Position numbers and translations under genes: made by a program | Shown here: positions 18,912 to 27,105 of the stretch, in pieces | Layout of the letters: every line of letters starts with the position of its first letter | How positions within the stretch are numbered: the first letter of the stretch is position 1 | Notes under the pieces: generated by a model | Database searches by the model: none | What the model saw: only the letters and a program-made list of their open reading frames with translations | Told to the model about the DNA's origin: nothing | Assembly: GCA_012522935.1 (NCBI GenBank) | Contig: JAAYJN010000037.1 | Location: 886 to 64,885 of the forward strand | Reading direction: 5' to 3' | DNA: 64,000 bases | From: Candidatus Cloacimonadota bacterium | Lineage (GTDB): Bacteria; Cloacimonadota; Cloacimonadia; Cloacimonadales; Cloacimonadaceae

Positions 18912-21032
18912 TCACTCAATGGGTGGTTCGAATCCAAATAATATTGCCTGCTCCTGGCTAATCTCAATTGGGGTGCTGTTTTTTAGTCTTGAAAGTATAC
19001 TGAATATAGCTTCATCCTTTAACCAATACTGTAGGTATTCATAAAGTTGCATATTGAGAGGCAAAAGCATTTGAAATAATGACTGTGATAATGCTTTATC
19101 AAACAGTTTAGGAAAAATAGATTCATATTCTTGAGGATTATCTGATAATTGATCCCAATGGACTGGAGAACTGACTACAATGGAGATGTCATTTATCTCA
19201 AAATTGCAATGGTTCTGAATCAAAGCAATTGCACGATTAACTAGCTGTCCTCCAAATGTAAAATAGCAAATGCTGTTATGTGATCTATAATATGGTATTG
19301 ATGATTCTTCTATATATTTTCTTAATGGAGTTCGAATAGTATTGAAGAAAACTCCTATCTTCTCTTCAAATAAATGATTGTAATTTCGATCTGAATTAAG
19401 AATCTTCCAAACATTATTAAGAATGAATGGATCAGCCATCCAGGTGCCACTATAGTAAGTAAAATCAACAGGTTTTTTCTTACTATCTGTCGGTTTCAAA
19501 TATATTACACTGGGCGTCAGGTTTTTTACTCTCCAATATCGTCCTTGAAATCGCACTACACAGCCTCTTCGCAACTTTAATAGATTGATTTCAGGCACTT
19601 CACCTAAGTTTTTTGATTCGTGGTTAATCTGAACATACCTTGAACCGAGGCTGATGTTGCCATAAATCATCCTAAGATCTTTAAGCTTATGCAATTTCTC
19701 GTATGCAGCATACCTATATTTGAAATCGTGTTTTTTTACATAGTCTTTCTGCTCCAGCTCATTCAGTAGCTCATCAATCGCCGACCTACATACATGTGGC
19801 AAGTGTTCTGTTAGGTCGTAAAAATGAGATGTTTTTAAGAATGATCCCTCGTCTGATGCTAATATGCTAAGACATTGTTGTGCAACAGATCCGTATAGTT
19901 CATAAGGTGCTTTTCTGGGCATTACACCCTTTACGGAACTATCTAATAGAACACAGAATTTTAACAATTCCAAGAAAACCGTCTTAATGTAATCAGGGAC
20001 TAGGCAAATAACATTGACTTTATTTGACCGTCGATTACCTCTGCCAATTCTTTGCATAAAAGATTCAACGCCATCTGGACACCCCCATATTATTACAGCG
20101 TCGATATCTCCAATGTCAATGCCCAATTCCAGTGTACTTGTTGCAATGCAAAGTGCTGATTTTGAAGATTCAAATTTTCTCTCTGTTTCAACCCTAACTT
20201 GTTGTGATAGGGAAGAATAGTGTACAAGGAGAAAAGGTGCAAGGATGTCTGAACTGCTGAGACTTGAAGACAAACGCTCACATTCTTTGCGAGAGTCTGC
20301 AAAGAGAAGAAGCTTTCGATTATTATTTTTCATTAAGCGTTCTAGCAGATACTGAAGTTCTGATAGGTGTCTAATGTGCCTTATCTCACAATCTATACTT
20401 CTTTCAGATGAATAGCTAAAGAAATCTGCTTTGTCTTCTGGACCCATTAGAAAATCTCTGACAAATGACACTTCTCCTACGGTTGCTGACAGAGCAGCCC
20501 ATTGAAGCTTATGACTTATTACAGATTGTAGCCTCTTTATCAATAAGGATAATTGTAGTCCTCTCTGAGTATTATACAAAATATGGACTTCATCTAGAAT
20601 AATGGCTTTCACATTGTTTAGACATTGGTCTTTCCTAAATAAAATAACATCAAGAGATTCAGGAGTAGTAATCAAGATATTTGGTAGTCTTTTTGTTTTT
20701 AGATCATCCCTGTCACCATGACGGATTCCAACATGCAACCCCAACGAAGTGAGAGGAGGATATAGCCGCTTAAAAAGATCGTTTACCAAAGCCTTAGTAG
20801 GAGATATATAGACAAGGAAGAGTTCATTTTTCACTACTGCGTAATGATAGTATCTACTAATTATCGGAGCAACAACGGCCTCAGTCTTGCCAGAACCAGT
20901 ACCTGATGAAAGTACAATATTGTCTCCGTTAACAAGTGGTTCTATAACATCCTGCTGAGATTGGCGAACAGAGGTGAAGCTACCGTAGAATGCTGTAGCT
21001 ACCTTCTTGTTTAATAGATCAACCGGAGTCAC
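18912..21032 (-). CDS. Superfamily-2 DEAD/DEAH-box helicase, Lhr/BrxHI-like
   Basis: Helicase motifs I SGTGSGKTEA, Ia SPTKAL, II DEVH, III SAT, V/VI TSTLELGIDIG and QRIGRGNRR all lie within the first 335 aa or so. About 370 further residues carry no motif I recognise. It overlaps the upstream ATPase gene by 4 nt. Confidence 0.85.
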   Translation of the reverse strand: MTPVDLLNKKVATAFYGSFTSVRQSQQDVIEPLVNGDNIVLSSGTGSGKTEAVVAPIISRYYHYAVVKNELFLVYISPTKALVNDLFKRLYPPLTSLGLHVGIRHGDRDDLKTKRLPNILITTPESLDVILFRKDQCLNNVKAIILDEVHILYNTQRGLQLSLLIKRLQSVISHKLQWAALSATVGEVSFVRDFLMGPEDKADFFSYSSERSIDCEIRHIRHLSELQYLLERLMKNNNRKLLLFADSRKECERLSSSLSSSDILAPFLLVHYSSLSQQVRVETERKFESSKSALCIATSTLELGIDIGDIDAVIIWGCPDGVESFMQRIGRGNRRSNKVNVICLVPDYIKTVFLELLKFCVLLDSSVKGVMPRKAPYELYGSVAQQCLSILASDEGSFLKTSHFYDLTEHLPHVCRSAIDELLNELEQKDYVKKHDFKYRYAAYEKLHKLKDLRMIYGNISLGSRYVQINHESKNLGEVPEINLLKLRRGCVVRFQGRYWRVKNLTPSVIYLKPTDSKKKPVDFTYYSGTWMADPFILNNVWKILNSDRNYNHLFEEKIGVFFNTIRTPLRKYIEESSIPYYRSHNSICYFTFGGQLVNRAIALIQNHCNFEINDISIVVSSPVHWDQLSDNPQEYESIFPKLFDKALSQSLFQMLLPLNMQLYEYLQYWLKDEAIFSILSRLKNSTPIEISQEQAILFGFEPPIE

Positions 21033-22216
21033 ATAGATTCCTGTAAAAGACTATCTAATGCTTCAACTACAGTTACAATGACCTTTCTAACTCTGTCTTG
21101 GATTCTTACTGAAGCTGCATTCCAAACGATTGACTTTAGCTGCGAATCCAGCATAACAGTATCTGGCTCCCAAGCGTATGCTATCCCATGTACTTCTAAT
21201 ATCAATAAAGCGAGATCTTCCATTTCAGATGTTTCTATGGGGCTCATTTCATACATAGGCAACTTATCAAATCTCGAATAATCAAAATCCCTTCTTTCCT
21301 TAAGGAACAATTCAGTTTTGCATTTATCCACAAACTCCGGAGTTACAGCGAAGAAGGTTTTACCAGGGAACGCCTTACCTGCGTAAAAGTGGAATAAGTT
21401 CCAAAAAGCAGCTTCCTTGTAATTAATGTTTTTAAGATTCGTAATTACGTCTTCAAATTCGTCAAATAAGATGACAAAACCATTTAATCCAGCTTCTTTG
21501 CAGAGAGTATTAATATCTCTAAGCAATGCCCAACTTTGTGCATGCCCACTTCTGTTCATTACAAAAACATCATCAGCGTAGAATTTCCTATCTGATCTGG
21601 GATCTCTAAATTTACTTCGCAAATCTGTAATCAGTGCTTTCAAGAGCAACTTTCGTTGGCTGTTGTAATCGTAAGGATGGTAAAACCAATCAGAGATAGT
21701 GTTTTGCACTGATTGTATTTTAGTAGACCATGCCCTAATAGCCACATACATTGCATCTGAATCTAAAACCTCAGAATGATCCCATTTGCCTTGACTACTC
21801 AATTTCTGAAAAAAGGGATTATCTGCAATTCCTTTATTTATCTCCTCTGTTAAGAAATCCATCAGCGGTGGCAACCCTTTTTCCCCAATCATGCCCGGGA
21901 CTTCTATATTGCGGCATACAGCCCCAATGATTTGGTCCATTCGATTAAATCTTACACCCGAATTTGCATCTAAGGTTACTAAGCTAACTGCATAGTTCTG
22001 TTCCAGGGCTTCTTCACGAATAAATTTGAGTAGGTGAGTTTTACCTGAACCATAATTAGCTTTAAGTAAAAGAGCTGTGCTATTATGAGTATTCAATCTT
22101 TGTCTCAGATCATTAATCTCATTCTTACGACCTACCGTAAAGTATCTTACGAATCCCTCAGGTGGAATGCCTTTACGAAGCGACTCGATAATCACTTGTG
22201 CCTTAATATTATTCAT
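21029..22216 (-). CDS. P-loop NTPase, BrxD/DUF2791-like (paralog 2)
   Basis: N-terminal VIIESLRKGIPPEG, Walker A NYGSGKTHLL and Walker B FVILFDEFED. It is a clear paralog of the upstream gene. Confidence 0.6.
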   Translation of the reverse strand: MNNIKAQVIIESLRKGIPPEGFVRYFTVGRKNEINDLRQRLNTHNSTALLLKANYGSGKTHLLKFIREEALEQNYAVSLVTLDANSGVRFNRMDQIIGAVCRNIEVPGMIGEKGLPPLMDFLTEEINKGIADNPFFQKLSSQGKWDHSEVLDSDAMYVAIRAWSTKIQSVQNTISDWFYHPYDYNSQRKLLLKALITDLRSKFRDPRSDRKFYADDVFVMNRSGHAQSWALLRDINTLCKEAGLNGFVILFDEFEDVITNLKNINYKEAAFWNLFHFYAGKAFPGKTFFAVTPEFVDKCKTELFLKERRDFDYSRFDKLPMYEMSPIETSEMEDLALLILEVHGIAYAWEPDTVMLDSQLKSIVWNAASVRIQDRVRKVIVTVVEALDSLLQESM

Positions 22217-22221
22217 CTTGT

Positions 22222-23493
22222 CTACTCGTTTCTTAGTCTCTCCATTATGTCGTCGTAAAGGATCTCCGAAGACCTTACTTCCCCTTCGAGGTGATCGTCA
22301 AAATCGGCTATCATAGATGATACCAATAGCCTCCAAAACCGTATCCCAGCCAAGTGTGAATGTTGTTGAAATAGCTCACGAACGCGTTTCTCTACATCTG
22401 AGTCTTGCGGTAACAGAGCATCGGAACTGGGAAATGCACTACGATAAATATTTTTGATCTTTACTGCAGCTTTCTGGTAATCTTCAAGAACTGTTTGTAC
22501 AGCATCCAGGTTCCAAATAGTATCCAGCGCTCTTGGATACTTATTATCATCTGGCTTACCAATTCTTCCTGATAACGCTCCATAAATAACTATTCCAAAC
22601 TTTGGATCTGAGTAGAAATCTGGTGTAGTGGCATAAATCATGAAAAGCCCGGGTAGGGTCTCAATATTGTTGATCAAGGATAACAAGTTATTATGTGCTT
22701 CCCTAAGGGTGGATTGACGCATAACAGAATAAGCCTGCTCAGCCTCATCAAAGAGTATTAACAACCCATTGTAGCCGGAAAGCCTAACAAATCCAGCCAG
22801 GGATTGTAGCATAATCTTAGCATTGTCTTTGGATACCAGTTTACTTACTCCGAATTTTTTTCTGTAAACCCCAATGCTGCCCTCACCACCGAACCACTGC
22901 AGAATCTCTCCTCTAGTTTGTTCGGTAATCGATTTATCTGGAGCTTCTGGTAAAAAAGTTTCCCAGTACTGCTTCACCATTTTTTTGAAGTCGATGTCAA
23001 TACCATGATCAGACATGAGTTTCTCGACAGCTTTTTGGTAGCCGTCGTAGTTCACTTCAGATCCAGAGCCATGAACTCCGGTTGATAGCCATGATAAGGA
23101 TTCACTGATCACAGTGCCAAATGGTGCAATCTCCTGGATAGTGTTTCCAGCATAATATGATGGTGTTGCAACCATTCTGACAATCGCCGCGAAAACACTC
23201 TGAAATTTATTCAGTGCTGCACTACTTTTTTCCAGTTCCACATTTGAAACCAAGCAGTTGTTTTGTAGGGCAACCTCCCTTAATAGCCTAAAGAAATGAG
23301 TCTTTCCTGATCCCCATTGCCCACTTACAAACCTGATAATCCCATGATTTTGCATACCGGGGAAATGTAATTTCTTGATCCCTTCGATTATCTTTTCATT
23401 TCCTACAGAATAAAGTTCTACTCCTCTCTGAGGAGGAATACCTGTACGAAGTGACTCAACGATCTGTGACGATAACGCATTATCGATATTCAT
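22222..23493 (-). CDS. P-loop NTPase, BrxD/DUF2791-like (paralog 1)
   Basis: N-terminal QIVESLRTGIPPQRG, Walker A GQWGSGKTHFF and Walker B LLILFDEAEQ. Its ATG overlaps the upstream stop (ATGA at 23490-23493). Confidence 0.6.
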   Translation of the reverse strand: MNIDNALSSQIVESLRTGIPPQRGVELYSVGNEKIIEGIKKLHFPGMQNHGIIRFVSGQWGSGKTHFFRLLREVALQNNCLVSNVELEKSSAALNKFQSVFAAIVRMVATPSYYAGNTIQEIAPFGTVISESLSWLSTGVHGSGSEVNYDGYQKAVEKLMSDHGIDIDFKKMVKQYWETFLPEAPDKSITEQTRGEILQWFGGEGSIGVYRKKFGVSKLVSKDNAKIMLQSLAGFVRLSGYNGLLILFDEAEQAYSVMRQSTLREAHNNLLSLINNIETLPGLFMIYATTPDFYSDPKFGIVIYGALSGRIGKPDDNKYPRALDTIWNLDAVQTVLEDYQKAAVKIKNIYRSAFPSSDALLPQDSDVEKRVRELFQQHSHLAGIRFWRLLVSSMIADFDDHLEGEVRSSEILYDDIMERLRNE

Positions 23494-24347
23494 GTTGTCT
23501 CCTTAAATATTATAAATCCAATGTATCCCCTGGAAGCCGCTCCAGCTAGGAGAACCCCTTGCCTTGTATCTTTAGTTTGTTGTAAGTCTATAAATTTACC
23601 GTCTACTTCATGAGGACCTTTTTCTGCTAAAGCAGATAAATCTGCTACAAATTCATCCATGCGAAATTCTTTATCCCTCTTCTTCAAGTTCTTAGTGATT
23701 TCTCTGATTGGGACGCTAGCCCCATCGCTCAGATGTTCTCTCTCAATAATCTTTTTGTATTGTGCTCTGATTTTTTTCAAGAAATTAGGACCATGAAACC
23801 TTCTGTCAAAAACACGTCTATATTCTATTCTAATTATTTCTATTACGGCTTCTAAATCAGCAGGTAGTTCAGCGAGCTTCCCTTCTAAATTGCTGATTTT
23901 AGCAGTACGCTTATTCTCATTAATCTCAATTTTGAAGAAACCGTTTTTAACGCTATATTTTGGGTGGGGGCTATTTTTATCAAGCGTAATGTTGGATGCC
24001 TTGCAGGCTTCATCGAATAAAGATGGATATCGTCTCATTATACGATCAGATTCTTCTTTAGCTTGCCTGTATGCTTCTTCAAGTCTCTGGATTTGCGTAA
24101 TCCCATCACTACGTAGCTTATTCAGTATTTTAGCCTCTTTCTCAGCAAGGTTTACAAAGTGCATTGACCATCCCTGTTCTAAGTATGAGAGCAAAGCTGA
24201 AATTAAAACACTCTTTTTCTGAGCTTCTTCTAATTCAAGTTTCAGCGTATTGCTTTTCTCCTGCAGTCGGCAATTTAACTGCTTCATGGATTCTATAATA
24301 TCCATGCTAAAGTTCATAATTTTCTCCATAACATAAGCTGTCCTCAA
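23490..24347 (-). CDS. Hypothetical coiled-coil protein, first gene of the island operon
   Basis: 285-aa ORF. The track starts at TTG 24347, but ATG near 24317 (MNFSMD..) preceded by GGAG is more plausible. The N-terminal half is charged and heptad-like (LKLELEEAQKK.., RLEEAYRQAKEESDR). I see no recognisable catalytic motif. Confidence 0.6.
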   Translation of the reverse strand: MRTAYVMEKIMNFSMDIIESMKQLNCRLQEKSNTLKLELEEAQKKSVLISALLSYLEQGWSMHFVNLAEKEAKILNKLRSDGITQIQRLEEAYRQAKEESDRIMRRYPSLFDEACKASNITLDKNSPHPKYSVKNGFFKIEINENKRTAKISNLEGKLAELPADLEAVIEIIRIEYRRVFDRRFHGPNFLKKIRAQYKKIIEREHLSDGASVPIREITKNLKKRDKEFRMDEFVADLSALAEKGPHEVDGKFIDLQQTKDTRQGVLLAGAASRGYIGFIIFKETT

Positions 24348-24635
24348 CTGTTAGTGTGACTCCAACTCTTTGTATTTTGGTATTGTAGATATGCTTTCTA
24401 TCGTCAATTCTAATATCATATTTATAAACTAACTCTCAATTGCAGGATTTTCATTTCTTCGATCCTTGTCAAGCGCAATTTTCATCAATATCAACTTTGA
24501 TATAGTCAATTGGGGCATTGTGAAGGTGTTATTAAGTCATAAATGAGTTCATATATTCCAAAACTGGATAAACAAAAAAGTGGAGAATAGTTGAATGGAA
24601 GGATTAATACAATGGTTGCCACAATAGCTAATAAT

Positions 24636-26102
24636 TTATTCCGGCATTCTCCATTCCCAATTTCCCAGCGGGGTGCCGGGGATATTCATCCTTGCGGCTG
24701 CATCCAGATTGAGCAGGTCTTGCATGGGGAAGATGCAGATCTCACAACCGCTCTTTTGGGCTATATTGATCATAGCTTCAGCGGCATTTGTAAGATTTAC
24801 TTTGCCGTCTGAATTGGAGATAAGGTGGGGGCGTGAATTTACATAGGCAGTGAAGTTTTGGTATTCGGCAGATTCAGGATCCAGCTCTTCAAACCACTGG
24901 CGGGTGGTGAGGTTATCGTGAGTGCCGGTATAGATGATTTTATCTGCAGGGTAGGCGGCCACATCCGGTTCGCCATCCTGCCAGCAAAATTGCAGCACAA
25001 TCATCCCCGGAAAGCCAAATTGCGCTCTGATATTATTCACCTCTTCGGTAAGGATGCCCAAATCCTCTGCGATAAAGGGTTTGTTGCCAAATTCAGCCGT
25101 GATGGTCTCAAACAGCTTTTGCGCTGGGGCTTTGATCCATTCTCCTGCCTTGGCATCCTGAGGCAAAATGGGGCTGCCGTCATTGTCAAGCGGGCAGGGA
25201 ATACTCCAATAATTCACATAGCCGATGAAGTGATCGAGGCGGATGCGGTCTGCATAGCTGAGTACATCGCGGATGCGGGCGGTAATCAGCTCAAAGACCT
25301 CAGTTTCACGCTCTTGCCAGAGATAGATGGGATTGCCCCACAGCTGACCCTCCTCGCTGAAGGCATCGGGAGGAACACCTGCCACCTGCAGCCTATTGCC
25401 GGCATCATCCAGGGCAAAAAGATGAGGGTTTGCCCACACATCTGCAGAGTGGTAGGAGAGGTAGATGGGCAAATCTCCCCACAGCTCGATATTGAGCTCT
25501 TTCAGCTGGGTTTTGAGCTCTGCCAGTTGTTCTCTCAGAATGGCTTGGATGGCTGCCTGGCTGAGGATGAAGGGCTCAAAATCACGCAACTGGCTCTGCC
25601 ACAGCTCAGGAGTGTAATGGAGATGCTGGCTTTGCCACTGGCTCCAATGGATTTCATCATAGAGGCGGTCGAGGCTCAAAAAAGTGAGGTAGGGCTTTAG
25701 CCAAGCTTCGTTTTGGCTGATGAAAGCATCAATATTATTAGATTTCAGATAGCGGTTGGCAGCAGTTTCAAGGAGCTTGCATTTGTTGCGAAAAACATGC
25801 TCGAAAAAGACCCTGTCTGTGGCAGGGATGGTGGCTTCCTCCAAGTCTGCAGCGTCAACCAGCCCTTTTTCATACAAGAGCTCCGGACTGATGAGCAGAG
25901 GGTCCAGGGCAAAGGCGGAAATGGGATTGTATGGGGAATTGCCATAGCCACGATGATTGAGGGGCAGGGTTTGCCAGATTGTGTAGCCTTGGTCATTCAG
26001 AAATTGGGCAAAAGAGAGGGCTTCAGGTCCCAGATCGCCAATGCCAAAATCTCCGGGGAGAGAGCTGAAATGGAGTAGCACTCCCTTCTGTTTTAACGAC
26101 AC
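24636..26102 (-). CDS. malQ: 4-alpha-glucanotransferase (amylomaltase, GH77)
   Basis: N-terminus GVLLHFSSLPGDFGIGDLG and length are typical of MalQ. Confidence 0.92.
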   Translation of the reverse strand: MSLKQKGVLLHFSSLPGDFGIGDLGPEALSFAQFLNDQGYTIWQTLPLNHRGYGNSPYNPISAFALDPLLISPELLYEKGLVDAADLEEATIPATDRVFFEHVFRNKCKLLETAANRYLKSNNIDAFISQNEAWLKPYLTFLSLDRLYDEIHWSQWQSQHLHYTPELWQSQLRDFEPFILSQAAIQAILREQLAELKTQLKELNIELWGDLPIYLSYHSADVWANPHLFALDDAGNRLQVAGVPPDAFSEEGQLWGNPIYLWQERETEVFELITARIRDVLSYADRIRLDHFIGYVNYWSIPCPLDNDGSPILPQDAKAGEWIKAPAQKLFETITAEFGNKPFIAEDLGILTEEVNNIRAQFGFPGMIVLQFCWQDGEPDVAAYPADKIIYTGTHDNLTTRQWFEELDPESAEYQNFTAYVNSRPHLISNSDGKVNLTNAAEAMINIAQKSGCEICIFPMQDLLNLDAAARMNIPGTPLGNWEWRMPE

Positions 26103-27058
26103 GCCATAATCCTCATGGCACAGAGTTGCAGGAGGGTGCGTTCTGTGGCCCTGCTTAATTTGAGTGAGCTATCGGTATCAAGCAGGATTTGATAGATATC
26201 TGGGAAGCTGTGCAGGCTGTACTTTTCTGAGAACTGGACAAACTCCTTGCGCTGGCTGTCGTAAAGCTCTGGCAGGTGTTTGGAAATGATTTCCTGTGGG
26301 GTGCGGTGGTTGTGGCGTAAGAGCAGGATTTTGTGGATGATGGTAAAGACCTTGTTCATCTGAAAAAAGATCTGTAATGCTTCCCAATCAGAACTCAACA
26401 TGCGCTCTATGGTGGAGAGGATGGAAGGGAGATCACGATTTCCCAGTGCTCGATAAAAGTCAATCATGGTGCCCACCCTGGTGGTACCCAGTGCTTGCCC
26501 CACATCGTCTTGGGTGATGGTTTTGCGGTTGCCCAAGAGGATGATGATTTTTTGTAGTACACTGAAGCTGCTGGCATAATCCAGCTCTGTTCTGGATAGG
26601 AATAGAGCTCTGGCGCGGGCATCCATTTGCACGTTTTGCTGGGCTAATACCACATTGAGCCACTTGGTGAGGTCAAAGCTGCTGCGGGGAGGATCACACT
26701 TGATAAAGAGGCTTGAATTGCGGATGGCTTTCCAGCCGGAGGTTCTGAAATCTGCCTTATCAGTTACTATGATCAAGCTTTGGGCGTCGGAAGGTGATTC
26801 CACGTAAGATGCCAGGGCGGCAAGTTCCTTTTTGCCCAATGCCTCGGCATTCTTGAGGATTATCAGCTTTTGAGTGGAAAATATGGAGAGGGTATCCAAG
26901 ATATCATTCAGCTGAGCCACCTTGATATCATCTCCGTAGATATGCACGATATCCACGTCGTATTTGCTTTTCAGCCTCTGACGAATGGGGTTGGTGACGG
27001 AATCTATGAGCCAGGCATCTGTGCCCAAGAGCAGGTAGCTCTTTCCAATATCGATCAT
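26093..27058 (-). CDS. holA: DNA polymerase III delta subunit
   Basis: Length is about 320 aa with YLLLGTDAWLI.. and LIILKNAEAL patterns typical of HolA. I prefer ATG 27058 (MIDIGKSY), which avoids overlap with uppP; the ORF track extends to 27154. Confidence 0.7.
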   Translation of the reverse strand: MIDIGKSYLLLGTDAWLIDSVTNPIRQRLKSKYDVDIVHIYGDDIKVAQLNDILDTLSIFSTQKLIILKNAEALGKKELAALASYVESPSDAQSLIIVTDKADFRTSGWKAIRNSSLFIKCDPPRSSFDLTKWLNVVLAQQNVQMDARARALFLSRTELDYASSFSVLQKIIILLGNRKTITQDDVGQALGTTRVGTMIDFYRALGNRDLPSILSTIERMLSSDWEALQIFFQMNKVFTIIHKILLLRHNHRTPQEIISKHLPELYDSQRKEFVQFSEKYSLHSFPDIYQILLDTDSSLKLSRATERTLLQLCAMRIMACR

Positions 27059-27105
27059 CTTGGGGGCAAAATCGAGAGCTTCGATGGTGGATACTGCCAC
27101 AACAA

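Larger units (their letters stand above)
17800..24635. other. AT-rich genomic island (putative horizontally acquired defence locus)
   Basis: Hand counts of 60-nt lines give 20/60 (line 18001) and 22/60 (line 20401) G+C inside the island. Outside it the counts are 32/60 (line 15001) and 29/60 (the 60 nt from about 25001). The encoded proteins are K/N/I-rich. The island is bounded by repeat copy 2 plus ssrA on one side and the malQ stop on the other. Confidence 0.65.

Noticed and set aside
18925-18935. tRNA T-loop-like motif GGTTCGAATCC near the island, considered as a possible tRNA fragment or att site.
   Set aside because: The flanking bases cannot form a T-stem or acceptor stem. The motif lies inside the helicase coding frame (..GFEPPIE stop), so it is a chance match.
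24486-24505. Imperfect inverted repeat CAATATCAA-CT-TTGATATAG in the AT-rich spacer upstream of the island operon, considered as a possible operator. A candidate TTGACG / TACAAT promoter pair near 24370-24400 (minus strand) was also considered.
   Set aside because: The inverted repeat matches only 7 of 9 positions in very AT-rich DNA, where such matches arise by chance. The promoter hexamers are spaced by only about 14 nt.
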